64,000 bases of DNA from Candidatus Omnitrophota bacterium (GCA_044225175.1 JBGAJA010000003.1:197428-261427); one strand, 5' to 3'. Shown: positions 27,651 to 37,044, counted from the first letter of the stretch. A program made the numbers and translations. The notes: generated from the letters alone by a model not told the origin.

Positions 27651-28169
27651 ATGCAAGGGACAATAGACAAGCTTTATGAATATTTTCTTCAATATGGGCT
27701 AAATATTCTAGCCGCGATTATTATTTTTATTCTGGGCCGAATGATTGCAACATTCGTGAGTAATATTGTAGAGGCAGCCCTTGTTAGAGCGAGAATCAAT
27801 GTCACTTTAGCCTCTTTTGCTAAATATTTAGGTTTTTACGGCATTATGACTTTTGTTGTCATTGCTTCGCTTAATAAACTTGGAGTAGAGACGAGTTCTT
27901 TCATTGCTGTTGTAGGAGCTGCTTCATTAGCTGTTGGCTTAGCTTTGCAGGGATCATTATCTAACTTTGCCTCAGGTGTTATGCTTATCTTGTTTCATCC
28001 TTTTAAAGTAGGAGATATTATTGATGCCGGGGGAGCCCAGGGACGTGTTCAGGAGATCCAAATTTTTAATACAATAATCATCTCTATTGATAATAATAAG
28101 AAAATCATCGTTCCAAATTCCAAAATTACAGGAGACAGAATCATTGTTGATATGTCAACCAAGGGCTGA
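27651..28169 (+). CDS. MscS-family mechanosensitive channel-like protein, short (172 aa; lacks the usual C-terminal vestibule domain)
   Basis: The TM3 and beta-domain signature (ALQGSLSNFASGVMLILFHPFKVGDIIDAGGAQGRVQEIQIFNT...IVPNSKI) matches MscS, but the protein ends ~100 aa early. Confidence 0.55.
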   Translation: MQGTIDKLYEYFLQYGLNILAAIIIFILGRMIATFVSNIVEAALVRARINVTLASFAKYLGFYGIMTFVVIASLNKLGVETSSFIAVVGAASLAVGLALQGSLSNFASGVMLILFHPFKVGDIIDAGGAQGRVQEIQIFNTIIISIDNNKKIIVPNSKITGDRIIVDMSTKG

Positions 28170-28223
28170 TGGGCCTCTGGCGGAAGCATAAACTATCGAA
28201 TACTTAATATTAAGGAGAATGAA

Positions 28224-28688
28224 ATGAAGAAAACTTTAAGTTTAGTTGTTGTAGGAATACTTGCTTTAGTAATATCTGGTTGTGCTGAGAACAAGACACG
28301 AGTGGGAGAAGGGGCTGGTATTGGGGGGATTTTAGGTGCTGCTGCTGGTGGTATTATTGGTTATCAAAGTGGGCATGGTTTAGAAGGGTCTTTAATTGGA
28401 GGAGCTGCTGGAGCTGGCGGTGGAGCGCTTGTCGGATCGCAAATCAATAAACCAGGGACGACAACTACAACATCTACCACCACGACGACGACTAAGACTG
28501 AACCTGTTGAAACAGTCACTTTACAAAAGGTGGTGGATTGGACCCAACAAGGTCAATCTGGAGATGAAATCATTGCCAAGATCAATGCATCTCACACAAC
28601 ATTCTCATTAACTAAAGACGATATTGATTATTTAAGAAAGCAGTCCGTTAGCCAGCGTGTCATTGAAGCTATGCAAGCAGTCCGTTAA
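28224..28688 (+). CDS. Lipoprotein with glycine-zipper segment and Thr-rich linker
   Basis: Lipobox VISGC, a glycine zipper (GAAAGGIIGYQSGHGLEGSLIGGAAGAGGGALVGS), then TTTTSTTTTTTKTEP and a ~50 aa C-terminal domain. Confidence 0.6.
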   Translation: MKKTLSLVVVGILALVISGCAENKTRVGEGAGIGGILGAAAGGIIGYQSGHGLEGSLIGGAAGAGGGALVGSQINKPGTTTTTSTTTTTTKTEPVETVTLQKVVDWTQQGQSGDEIIAKINASHTTFSLTKDDIDYLRKQSVSQRVIEAMQAVR

Positions 28689-28794
28689 TTAAACTCCCCC
28701 AGCCCCTTTTGAAAAAAAAAGAGGGAGGCACGCGGAGTTTCCCCTTTTTAATTAAAGAGGGGATTAAGGGGAGTTCAAATATAAGGAGTCAATA

Positions 28795-29169
28795 GTGGAT
28801 ATTCGAGCGACGTGTTTAAATTGTATGGATGGACGTGTTCAATTACCCGTCTTGGTATGGATAAAAAAGAATTATAAAATCGATTTTGTGGATGTCATTA
28901 CTGAAGCTGGAATGGATGGGGTTTTATCTAATCAGAAGTATATTGGAGAAATCCTTCGGAGTATTAATGTGTCCATCAAGATTAATAAATCAGAGCGGCT
29001 ATTTGTTGTAGGCCATTATGATTGCCGTGGAAATCCTATTGAAAAGGAAGCTCATCATCGTGAAATTATCGAGTCTGTCTGTCGTCTGAAAAAATACTGG
29101 CCTTCCATGCCCATTGTTGGCCTGTGGGTCAATAAGAAATGGCAAGTTGAAATCGTTAAAGAAAATTAA
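28795..29169 (+). CDS. Hypothetical protein (GTG start) with CxDxR and HxDC motifs
   Basis: AAGGAG RBS 8 nt before the GTG. CMDGRV and VGHYDCRGN resemble the zinc-ligand motifs of beta-class carbonic anhydrases, but the 124 aa length is atypical. Confidence 0.4.
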   Translation: MDIRATCLNCMDGRVQLPVLVWIKKNYKIDFVDVITEAGMDGVLSNQKYIGEILRSINVSIKINKSERLFVVGHYDCRGNPIEKEAHHREIIESVCRLKKYWPSMPIVGLWVNKKWQVEIVKEN

Positions 29170-29173
29170 ACGG

Positions 29174-30430
29174 TCAGCTATGAATTTTTTGATCAAGACT
29201 TTTGGGATCAAAGCGAAGCTGTCTTAGTTGAGGAGCAAGAATAGCTGTGGCTCCTACAACAATTAATGTCACAACTCCTCCTGTTCCAACACAAGCTACA
29301 GTTCCAATTAATCCTGCGAGCATTCCACTTTCAAAAGCGCCCAATTCATTAGAAGCACACACAAATACCCATCCAACCGAAGAAATTCGTCCCCGCATAT
29401 GGTCAGGAGATAAGAGTCTAACCATAGACCTGCGAATGACCATACTAATGCCATCAAAGATTCCTGTTAAAAATAACGCAGCAAGGGAAAGCCAGATATT
29501 GGTTGAGAAAGCAAAAATAAGTATGCTAATTCCAAATCCCCCGACGCTTAAAAGCAAATTTCTTCCTGCATGCTCGATCGGAGGTTTACGGGTTGCATAA
29601 AGCATCATTAGGAGCGCTCCTAAAGAAGGGGCAGCATTAAGCAATCCAAGCCCTCCAGCTCCAACATGCAGAATATCCGTGGCATAAATAGGAAGGAGGG
29701 CAATCATGCCTCCAAATAATACCGCAAAAAGATCCAAGCTCATGGCTGCAACTAAGGGTTGTCTAGAAAATACAAAGTTCCATCCCATAGAAATGCTTTT
29801 TAACATAGGTTCTTTGCGATCAAGGGCAGGCTGGGTTTTAGGTGGAATGAACGCCATGCAAACCCACGATAACAAAAACCAAAAAGCAATAAGGGCATAA
29901 CATCCTTTAGCTGAGAACCCCTCAAAAACAAATCCAATAATACCAGGACCAATGACCGAGCACCCTACCCAGAAACTTGAAATCCATGATGATGCATTGA
30001 CTGTCAAATTTTTTGGAACTACCTGAGCTTCAAATGCAGAATTAGCCGGATCAGAAAATCCTCGGGCAATTCCAGCTAAGAAAATAACAAAATACAGTGC
30101 TAAGACATTGGCATGGGTGTCGTTCCAGGAAAGTGCAAGAAGGGCCAGGGCGCAGATCAAAGACGCTGCACGGGTTATTAAAAGGATTTTTTGCCGATTA
30201 TAATAATCAGCCACCCATCCGCCAAAGAGAACTAATGAAAGAGCAGGAATCGCTTCAATCAAACCTAACCAACCTAAAGCAAATGGGTCACGAGTGATGT
30301 GGTAAATCTGAAATCCAATAACAACAGCTAAGGCCCGGCTTGCCAAAGTAAAGAAAGCGGTCGAACCAATGAATAGTTGGATATCTTTGATTTTAAGGGC
30401 AGAAAAACTGCTGGAATGTGTCATAGTCAT
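29174..30430 (-). CDS. MFS transporter (12 TM). The ORF tracker's start at 30484 would leave only a 22 bp divergent intergenic region, so the start is revised to 30430
   Basis: 12 hydrophobic helices and the MFS signature loop (GRISSVGWVF; G.L.DR..RR-like LITRAASL). Confidence 0.75.
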   Translation of the reverse strand: MTMTHSSSFSALKIKDIQLFIGSTAFFTLASRALAVVIGFQIYHITRDPFALGWLGLIEAIPALSLVLFGGWVADYYNRQKILLITRAASLICALALLALSWNDTHANVLALYFVIFLAGIARGFSDPANSAFEAQVVPKNLTVNASSWISSFWVGCSVIGPGIIGFVFEGFSAKGCYALIAFWFLLSWVCMAFIPPKTQPALDRKEPMLKSISMGWNFVFSRQPLVAAMSLDLFAVLFGGMIALLPIYATDILHVGAGGLGLLNAAPSLGALLMMLYATRKPPIEHAGRNLLLSVGGFGISILIFAFSTNIWLSLAALFLTGIFDGISMVIRRSMVRLLSPDHMRGRISSVGWVFVCASNELGAFESGMLAGLIGTVACVGTGGVVTLIVVGATAILAPQLRQLRFDPKSLDQKIHS

Positions 30431-30485
30431 TATTGATTTTATATATTTTAAGAGGATATCAAAGGATATTCTTGATAGAATCAAT

Positions 30486-30514
30486 GAAACTTTTTAAGAA
30501 GAGGTTTTGTCTAA
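30486..30514 (+). promoter_or_regulatory. Candidate ECF (sigmaE-type) autoregulated promoter: GAAACTT, 16 bp spacer, GTCTAA
   Basis: Reads tGAAACTTtttaagaagaggttttGTCTAAag, close to the RpoE-type GGAACTT-N16-TCTAA consensus. It lies immediately upstream of the ECF sigma gene and argues for the ATG at 30528 rather than the TTG at 30507. Confidence 0.35.
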
Positions 30515-30527
30515 AGATCAGAGGCTT

Positions 30528-31088
30528 ATGAACGATATAAGGCAGGATATTTTAGTTAAGGCATCTAAGGGGGATTTACAGGCTTTTGAAGAGGTTTATA
30601 AACTCTCCAGCAGCTTTGTATATAATGTGGCTTACCGTGTAATCGGCAATCAACAAGATGCCCAGGAGGCCACTCAGGAGATCTTCATGACGGTGTATCA
30701 TAAACTTAAAGATTTCAGATTTGAATCTTCTTTTAAAACATGGCTTTACAGAATCACAGTTAATCATTCGATTAATATGTCAAAAAAAATTTCCAAGACT
30801 AAGAATAAAACATTTGTTTTCGATGAAAATGTCAATCCTCCCTCTGTAGAGCCAGAAACTCATGAAAAAATGGATAGAGAATATAACGAGAAAATAGTAC
30901 AAGATTTCTTAAGTGAGCTCAATGAAGATCAAAGGGCGTGTATTGTTTTGCGTAATATCGAAGGATTAAGTTATGAAGAAATTTCTCAGAGTTTAAATAT
31001 CAATATTAATACAGTCCGTACGAGATTAAAAAGAGCTAGGGAGAAGTTGTTGACCTTACGCAAACAGGGGGCATATGGACAACTGTAA
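30528..31088 (+). CDS. ECF-family RNA polymerase sigma factor (sigma-70 regions 2 and 4)
   Basis: Region 2 (FEEVYKLSSSFVYNVAYRVIGNQQDAQEATQEIFMTVYHKL) and region 4 HTH (LSYEEISQSLNININTVRTRLKRAREKL). Confidence 0.85.
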   Translation: MNDIRQDILVKASKGDLQAFEEVYKLSSSFVYNVAYRVIGNQQDAQEATQEIFMTVYHKLKDFRFESSFKTWLYRITVNHSINMSKKISKTKNKTFVFDENVNPPSVEPETHEKMDREYNEKIVQDFLSELNEDQRACIVLRNIEGLSYEEISQSLNININTVRTRLKRAREKLLTLRKQGAYGQL

Positions 31089-31560
31089 AACAATCCAAGA
31101 GTTAATTTTGACTGACTATCTTGATGGCCAGATAGATAGTTCTACTAAAATTTCCATAGAAAATCATTTCTTATCTTGCTCTTCTTGCAAAGATTTTGCT
31201 AAGGAAGCAAAAGAACATTTGGTTAAGCCTTTTCAACAAGCGCTTATCAAAGAAGTGCCTTCAAGTATATGGATTGGGATTCGCGGAGAAATTGATAATC
31301 AGCAGTATGCTAAATCTGGAGTTATTGATCGAGTCAAAGAATGGTTAAATACTCTTACTTTGCCAAAACTTGTTCCCTCTTTGGTGAGTTTTGTCATGAT
31401 CGTTTTTGTATCATCGACAGTGTATTTTAATCAACAGATAAAACAATCTAAAGATCAAGAAACAGGAGCTTATGTGGCTTATGTATTGACTTCTGAAAGC
31501 GGAATAAATCCGATGGAGAGTGCAGATTTTGATACTCCCATTGAGAAATACTTTCTTTAA
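31075..31560 (+). CDS. Anti-sigma factor, zinc-finger (HxxxCxxC) type with a central TM helix
   Basis: ENHFLSCSSCKD matches the ZAS motif. TM helix LVPSLVSFVMIVFVSSTVYF. Overlaps the sigma gene by 14 nt. Confidence 0.65.
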   Translation: MDNCKTIQELILTDYLDGQIDSSTKISIENHFLSCSSCKDFAKEAKEHLVKPFQQALIKEVPSSIWIGIRGEIDNQQYAKSGVIDRVKEWLNTLTLPKLVPSLVSFVMIVFVSSTVYFNQQIKQSKDQETGAYVAYVLTSESGINPMESADFDTPIEKYFL

Positions 31561-31582
31561 ATTTAAATAACAGGAGGAATCT

Positions 31583-32038
31583 ATGGATATTCTTAAACAA
31601 GCTTTATTAACAGTTTTAATGTGCGGAGTTGTTTCTTTGCAACCAGCATATGCACAGCTACCCCAAGTCGAAAACCAAGAAAGAAGGGAACATAGTTTCC
31701 ATAAAATATTTGATCAATTAAAATTGAGTGAGGAGCAAAAGAAACTCCTGGAGGTCAATAAAGAAAAACAAAGAGAACAAATGATGGCATCTTTGCCAAG
31801 AATGAAGGCGCAGAAAGAGGCCTTACATCAGGAATTAATGAAACCTCGGCTGGATATGAATAAAATCAATACTATTCAAAAACAACTGAAGAAGAATATG
31901 GTACAGATGGCAGATAACCGTTTAAATTCTATTCTTGAGGTCAGAAAGATTTTGACCCCTGAGCAATTTAGTCAATTTCTTAATCTCATGAAAGAACGTC
32001 GTAAGAATAAAGGTTTAAATAAAGATGAATCTATGTAA
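31583..32038 (+). CDS. Spy/CpxP-family periplasmic protein (two LTxxQ motifs)
   Basis: Signal peptide, then LSEEQKKLL and LTPEQFSQF. Mostly helical and charged. Confidence 0.5.
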   Translation: MDILKQALLTVLMCGVVSLQPAYAQLPQVENQERREHSFHKIFDQLKLSEEQKKLLEVNKEKQREQMMASLPRMKAQKEALHQELMKPRLDMNKINTIQKQLKKNMVQMADNRLNSILEVRKILTPEQFSQFLNLMKERRKNKGLNKDESM

Positions 32039-33317
32039 TACATCAATTAGATTGGCAGGTCTCACCATTGTTTTTTTTGGGTTTTTCATTGGGGGAAATG
32101 TTAAGGCTGATTCTCTATCATCGAGTGTTGGAGAACAGCTGACGTGGGAAGAAGCGCTTAAGAAGGCTGCCCAATTCCATCCTGATTTGGTCTCTGCTAA
32201 AGAACAAATTCGTCAAAGTAAAGATTCTAAGCTGATCATTCAAAGTTCTTTTTTGCCACAAGTAACTGGCAATCTCGGCGTTACGCAGGCTAAATCACCA
32301 ACGACAACTACTTATTCTTATGGAGTTTCTGGTTCCCAGCTTTTATTTGATGCTGGAAAGACTATTAATGATGTACGTTCTGCCAAAGAAAATGTTAATG
32401 CCTCAACTCAGAATTTTCAGTATGTTTCTTCTTTAGTAAGACTTCGCCTGAGAAATGCTTTTATTAATCTTCTTAAAGCACAGCATTCTGTTGACCTGAC
32501 CCGTGAAATTCAGAACATTCGAAAACAAAATTTGGATTTAATTACTCTTCGTTATAATTCTGGAACAGAACATCGAGGAGCATTGCTAACAGCCTCTGCA
32601 AATTTAGCTCAATCCGAATTCGATATCCATCAGGCCTCACGTATTCTACATGTGGCTCAACGCAGTTTAACTAAAGAAATTGGAAGCAAGAAAATTGAAC
32701 CTATTAGTGTGGTGGGGGATTTTGATATTACTAATCAATATAAGGAAACTCCTAATATAGATGATTTAGTGTCTAAGCATCCACAATTTCTTAAGATCAT
32801 TGCGCAGAAAAACGCAGCAACATTTATAGTTGGAGCAGATAAAGCTGACCTTTGGCCTTTGGTATCTTTGAATGGAGGGGCAGGAAAAAGTGATCGAGAA
32901 TGGCCCCCTTCTACAACTAGCACAGATGTAGGTTTAAGCTTAAGCTGGTCTATTTTTCAAGGAGGGGCCAAGCGGGCTCAACTTGATCGGGCAAGAAGTC
33001 AGGTGTTAGATCTACAAGCCCAAGAACAAAGTCTCAAAGATGCCTTAAGCCTCACACTAGAACAAGATTGGGCTGATTTGGAAGATGCGAGAGAGCAGGT
33101 GCAGGTGCAGAAACTTTTTCTTGAGGCTGCCGAAGAACGAGCCAAAATTGCAGAAGGACAATATAAGGTTGGTCTGATTACCTTTGATAACTGGACAATT
33201 ATTCAAGATGATTTAGTCAGCAGTAAAAAGACATTCTTAAATACACAGGCAAATGCTTTGTTAGCTGAGGCCAACTGGGTCGCTGCCCAGGGAAGGACAC
33301 TTGAGTATGAAAATTAA
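32025..33317 (+). CDS. TolC-like outer membrane efflux channel
   Basis: Signal peptide, two OEP repeats and coiled-coil-rich sequence. First gene of a three-gene exporter. Confidence 0.75.
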   Translation: MNLCNTSIRLAGLTIVFFGFFIGGNVKADSLSSSVGEQLTWEEALKKAAQFHPDLVSAKEQIRQSKDSKLIIQSSFLPQVTGNLGVTQAKSPTTTTYSYGVSGSQLLFDAGKTINDVRSAKENVNASTQNFQYVSSLVRLRLRNAFINLLKAQHSVDLTREIQNIRKQNLDLITLRYNSGTEHRGALLTASANLAQSEFDIHQASRILHVAQRSLTKEIGSKKIEPISVVGDFDITNQYKETPNIDDLVSKHPQFLKIIAQKNAATFIVGADKADLWPLVSLNGGAGKSDREWPPSTTSTDVGLSLSWSIFQGGAKRAQLDRARSQVLDLQAQEQSLKDALSLTLEQDWADLEDAREQVQVQKLFLEAAEERAKIAEGQYKVGLITFDNWTIIQDDLVSSKKTFLNTQANALLAEANWVAAQGRTLEYEN

Positions 33318-34290
33318 AAAAGGTCATGTGATTATCGGGATTCTTATTCTTGTTGTTGCAGGAGGAATTGGGGTTTGGATGAAATCCAAAGCTTCGAAAT
33401 CTGAAGACAAAGATAAGATCATTAATCCCCATTATGGTTCCTTGCAGACAGTGATTAATACGACTGCAAGTGTCCTGCCTAAGAATCGTTTGGAGATTAA
33501 GCCGACGGTAGGCGGAAGAGTCCAGGAAATTCTTGTTAAAGAAGGAGATATGGTTAAAACTGGCCAAATTTTAGCCTGGATGAGTTCGACAGATCGTGCG
33601 GCACTTTTGGATTCTGCGAGAGGACAGGGAGAGAAAGAATTCAAATATTGGCAAGATGTTTATAAGCCTATTCCTTTGATGGCACCTATTGATGGTCAGG
33701 TTATTGTAGCTACGACCCAACCTGGTCAGACGGTGTCAATTATAGATCCTATTATTGTCCTTTCCGATCATTTGATTGTGCGTGCCCAGGTGGATGAAAC
33801 AGATATTGGGAAGATCAAATTGAATCAACAAGCCATCGTTTCGTTGGATGCTTATCCTGATCAAAAGATTGAGGCTACGGTCGAACATTTATACTATGAA
33901 TCTAAAACAGTTAATAATGTCACCACTTACGAAGTTGATTTGCTTGCAAAAGAGCTTCCTGCTTTCTTTCGCTCAGGGATGAATGCGAGTGTTGATTTCA
34001 TTACCCAAAAAAAAGACCATGTTCTTCAGATCCCTGTAACAGCCATTATTAAGAAAAAGGATCAAAGTTTTGTGCTCTTGAAGAGTCCCAAGAATTCCAA
34101 AGGTGTTATGAAAGAAATTCAGACGGGAATCAGTGATGATAAGAATATTGAAGTTACACAAGGGTTAAAAGAAGACGACGACATCATTGTTAAACAAAAG
34201 AAATATTCTTTGAATCCAGCTAAAGGAGGAAGCAATCCTTTTATGGCAGGTGGCCGAGCTGGCAGCGGTGGAGGCAATCGAGGACGCTAA
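33301..34290 (+). CDS. Efflux periplasmic adaptor (HlyD/MacA family)
   Basis: TM anchor, biotinyl/lipoyl-like hairpin and beta-barrel segments. Gly-rich C-terminal tail. Confidence 0.75.
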   Translation: MSMKIKKGHVIIGILILVVAGGIGVWMKSKASKSEDKDKIINPHYGSLQTVINTTASVLPKNRLEIKPTVGGRVQEILVKEGDMVKTGQILAWMSSTDRAALLDSARGQGEKEFKYWQDVYKPIPLMAPIDGQVIVATTQPGQTVSIIDPIIVLSDHLIVRAQVDETDIGKIKLNQQAIVSLDAYPDQKIEATVEHLYYESKTVNNVTTYEVDLLAKELPAFFRSGMNASVDFITQKKDHVLQIPVTAIIKKKDQSFVLLKSPKNSKGVMKEIQTGISDDKNIEVTQGLKEDDDIIVKQKKYSLNPAKGGSNPFMAGGRAGSGGGNRGR

Positions 34291-34298
34291 GACAATTT

Positions 34299-36266
34299 AT
34301 GATTGAAATCTCGAATATCAAGAAAACCTATCGTTTGGGTGCGCATGACGTTCAGGCGGTGCGGGAAGTTACTCTTACAATCAAAGCTGGTGAATTTGTA
34401 GCTATTATGGGTTCTTCTGGTTCAGGCAAATCCACACTCATGCATATTTTGGGACTGTTGGACAGACCAGATAGCGGTAGTTATAAACTCGCTGGATTTG
34501 ATGTTACCAAGCTCTCCGACGAGCAGATGGCCATTGTCCGTAATCGTTTAATTGGATTTGTTTTTCAGCAGTTTCATCTTCTTCCTCGTATGACGGCACT
34601 CGAAAATGCTGGTCTTCCTTTGGTCTATGCTTCCATTCATAGTCTTGATAAATCGAAAGAAAAATTAATTGCAGTTGGGCTGGAGGACCGCATTACCCAT
34701 AGGCCTAATGAACTCTCCGGCGGTCAGCAGCAGCGAGTTGCCATTGCCCGAGCCCTTGTCAATGAACCTATGCTTTTGATGGCTGATGAACCAACAGGAA
34801 ATTTAGACAGCAAAAGCAAAGATGAGATCATGTCCATCATCAAAAAACTCAATAATGAGGGGAAAACGATTGTCATGGTGACTCACGAGAAGGACATGGC
34901 TGCCTATGCTACACGAGTCATTGAGATGAAAGATGGGGTCATTATTTCTGATGTTGTTCAACAATCAAAGAAAGTTTTCAGTTCAGCATCTATCCCATCC
35001 CCAGACTGGAGTTTTCTTGATAAAATTATTTCGTCTTTTTCTGATATAGAGAAATGGGCAGATTCTCTTAAACAAGCCATTTATGCCATGCTTTCCCATA
35101 AAATGCGCTCTTTGTTATCAATCCTTGGGATTTTGATTGGGGTTGCTGCGGTGATTGCCATGCTAGCCTTGGGAAGTGGGGCCCAAGAATCAATCAAAGC
35201 TCAATTAGCATCACTGGGTTCGAATTTACTTATGGTGCGTCCTGGTACAATCATTTCAGGTGGAGTTGCAATGCAGGCGGGGTCAGTGACACGATTGACA
35301 TTTGCCGATGTCACAGCCGTTCGTCAGGGGTCTAGTGACATTACCAGAGTATCCGGAGCTGTTTCAGGGCGAGTTCAAATGGTTGCTGGAAGCAAGAATT
35401 GGAACACTGAGGTCAATGGTGTGGATGTGGATTATGCTCCTATGCGTGCATACACTCCTGAAAGTGGACGTTTTTTTAATGAGGAAGAAGTAAGCACGCG
35501 AAGTAAGGTAGTTCTCCTTGGGACAACTGTTGCCAGAGAGCTTTTTGGAGATCAAAATCCTATTGGGGAGGAAGTGAAAATCAATTTAATTAATTTTAGA
35601 GTCATCGGCATATTACCTTCTAAAGGCGGGAATTCGTTTCGAGACCAGGATGATGTGGTCTTAATTCCTTTGACTACTGCCATGTACAGATTATTGGGAA
35701 AACAATATATTGATACTCTTTTTATCGAAGGATCTTCTTCTGAGGTGCTTGATCCTTTGCAAGATACAGTGACCCAAATTCTCAATAAGCGCCATCGCAT
35801 CAGTCCGAAAGATGAAGACACTGCCTTTCAGGTGAGAAACATGGCGGATATTAAGGCCACATTGGAGTCTACTACCAAAACCATGTCCATGCTTTTAGGT
35901 TCCATTGCTGCAATCTCATTACTCGTGGGGGGAATCGGTATTATGAATATTATGCTGGTTTCTGTGACCGAGCGTACCAGGGAAATTGGTTTGCGCAAAG
36001 CCATCGGTGCCAGCCGTCAGGATATTATGCTTCAATTTTTGATTGAAGCCGTCATGATGTCGTTGATTGGAGGCCTTGCAGGAGTTGCACTTGGAGCTGG
36101 GATATCGCTTTTATTGACTTTCTTTGCAGGGTGGACTGTTAAGATTTCGTTACTCTCTATATTCTTGGCAACTGGTTTCTCATTAGTTATCGGACTTGCC
36201 TTTGGTTTGTGGCCCGCCTATAAAGCTTCCCTCCTAAATCCTATCGAAGCTTTAAGATATGAATAA
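34299..36266 (+). CDS. MacB-type ABC exporter (N-terminal ATPase fused to an FtsX-like 4-TM permease with a large periplasmic domain)
   Basis: Walker A GSSGSGKST, ABC signature LSGGQQQRVAIARAL and Walker B LLMADEPTGNLD, followed by a MacB_PCD/FtsX domain. Confidence 0.9.
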   Translation: MIEISNIKKTYRLGAHDVQAVREVTLTIKAGEFVAIMGSSGSGKSTLMHILGLLDRPDSGSYKLAGFDVTKLSDEQMAIVRNRLIGFVFQQFHLLPRMTALENAGLPLVYASIHSLDKSKEKLIAVGLEDRITHRPNELSGGQQQRVAIARALVNEPMLLMADEPTGNLDSKSKDEIMSIIKKLNNEGKTIVMVTHEKDMAAYATRVIEMKDGVIISDVVQQSKKVFSSASIPSPDWSFLDKIISSFSDIEKWADSLKQAIYAMLSHKMRSLLSILGILIGVAAVIAMLALGSGAQESIKAQLASLGSNLLMVRPGTIISGGVAMQAGSVTRLTFADVTAVRQGSSDITRVSGAVSGRVQMVAGSKNWNTEVNGVDVDYAPMRAYTPESGRFFNEEEVSTRSKVVLLGTTVARELFGDQNPIGEEVKINLINFRVIGILPSKGGNSFRDQDDVVLIPLTTAMYRLLGKQYIDTLFIEGSSSEVLDPLQDTVTQILNKRHRISPKDEDTAFQVRNMADIKATLESTTKTMSMLLGSIAAISLLVGGIGIMNIMLVSVTERTREIGLRKAIGASRQDIMLQFLIEAVMMSLIGGLAGVALGAGISLLLTFFAGWTVKISLLSIFLATGFSLVIGLAFGLWPAYKASLLNPIEALRYE

Positions 36267-36405
36267 TTCCAACTATTGCTTTAGGATGGCGTTGATATGT
36301 GAGGGGTTTGTTATGAAATATTGCATTTTTTGGTATTAAGTACTATACTTCTCATCAATTCTTGAAAAAGGTTATTTTTATTAATCTCAATGTAGGAGTA
36401 GAGCA

Positions 36406-36699
36406 ATGGTTAAAAACAAATTTTTCTCAGCAGTACTACTTACGTTGTTTGTGGTTTCCGTAATGTCCATTTCAAAAGTTTTAGCATGTCCCCCATGTCC
36501 TGCTGGGGTTATTCAGATTGGATGCACAGAGAATGGTGAACCCATATGTGTATCTCAATATCCAGGGGATAATCTTGATCAAGATACTGACTCTGATGAT
36601 AATCCACCTCCTCGAAATCCAAAACAACCCAAAAAAGAGGAATCCTTTTGGGATGACGTTAAGTTTTGGGCTTCATATTTTGAATCTTATTTTGAATAA
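36406..36699 (+). CDS. Small secreted Cys-containing acidic/Pro-rich protein, cassette copy 1 (97 aa)
   Basis: Signal peptide, C-x(14-16)-C motif (CPPCPAGVIQIGCTENGEPICV), then a D/E/P-rich linker and an aromatic C-terminus. Paralogous to the CDSs at 40427 and 44201. Confidence 0.7.
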   Translation: MVKNKFFSAVLLTLFVVSVMSISKVLACPPCPAGVIQIGCTENGEPICVSQYPGDNLDQDTDSDDNPPPRNPKQPKKEESFWDDVKFWASYFESYFE

Positions 36700-36740
36700 T
36701 GAAGGCATTAAAACTCTTTCATTGGTCATTAGTCGTTTTA

Positions 36741-36772
36741 AAACCCTCTGATTACAATTCAGAGGGTTTTTT
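36741..36772 (+). terminator. Rho-independent terminator after small gene 1
   Basis: 10 bp stem aaaccctctg / cagagggttt, 9 nt loop, T6 run. Confidence 0.7.
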
Positions 36773-36875
36773 ATGCAATGCCCTAAAAATGCCTTTTCTG
36801 GCATTATGGGCTATACTTCTTTTAGATTTTAATAAGTGAGCTCTATCTTATTAACTCACATGTATGGAATAAGCC

Positions 36876-37044
36876 ATGACCAAAAAAAATCTTTTCAGTA
36901 GTATTACTTACGTTGTTTGTGGTTTCCGTAATGTCCATTTCTAAGTTTTAGCGTGTCCACTATGTCCTGCTGGGGTTGTTCAGATTGGATGCACAGAGGA
37001 TGGTCAAGCCATATGAGTGTCTAAATATCCAGGGGATAATTTCT
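36876..37044 (+). pseudogene. Degenerate duplicate of the 5' part of the small-protein gene (~92% identical to 36433..36578), with frameshift and in-frame stops
   Basis: Direct alignment of 36898..37044 with 36433..36578 (ttacgttgtttgtggtttccgtaatgtccatttc...tgtcctgctggggtt.ttcagattggatgcacagag.atggt...atatccaggggataat). A 2 nt length difference after the ATG and a TAA stop disrupt the frame. Confidence 0.7.

Noticed and set aside
28689-28794. G/C-rich odd intergenic stretch (aaactcccccagccccttttgaaaaaaaaagagggaggcacgcggagtttcccc...) that looked like it might hide a structured RNA or terminator
   Set aside because: Only imperfect, widely spaced complementarity and no convincing stem-loop with a T-tail. 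Left unannotated.
30507-30527. TTG start for the ECF sigma gene
   Set aside because: It overlaps a sigmaE-like -10 element. The ATG at 30528 gives the canonical ECF N-terminus.
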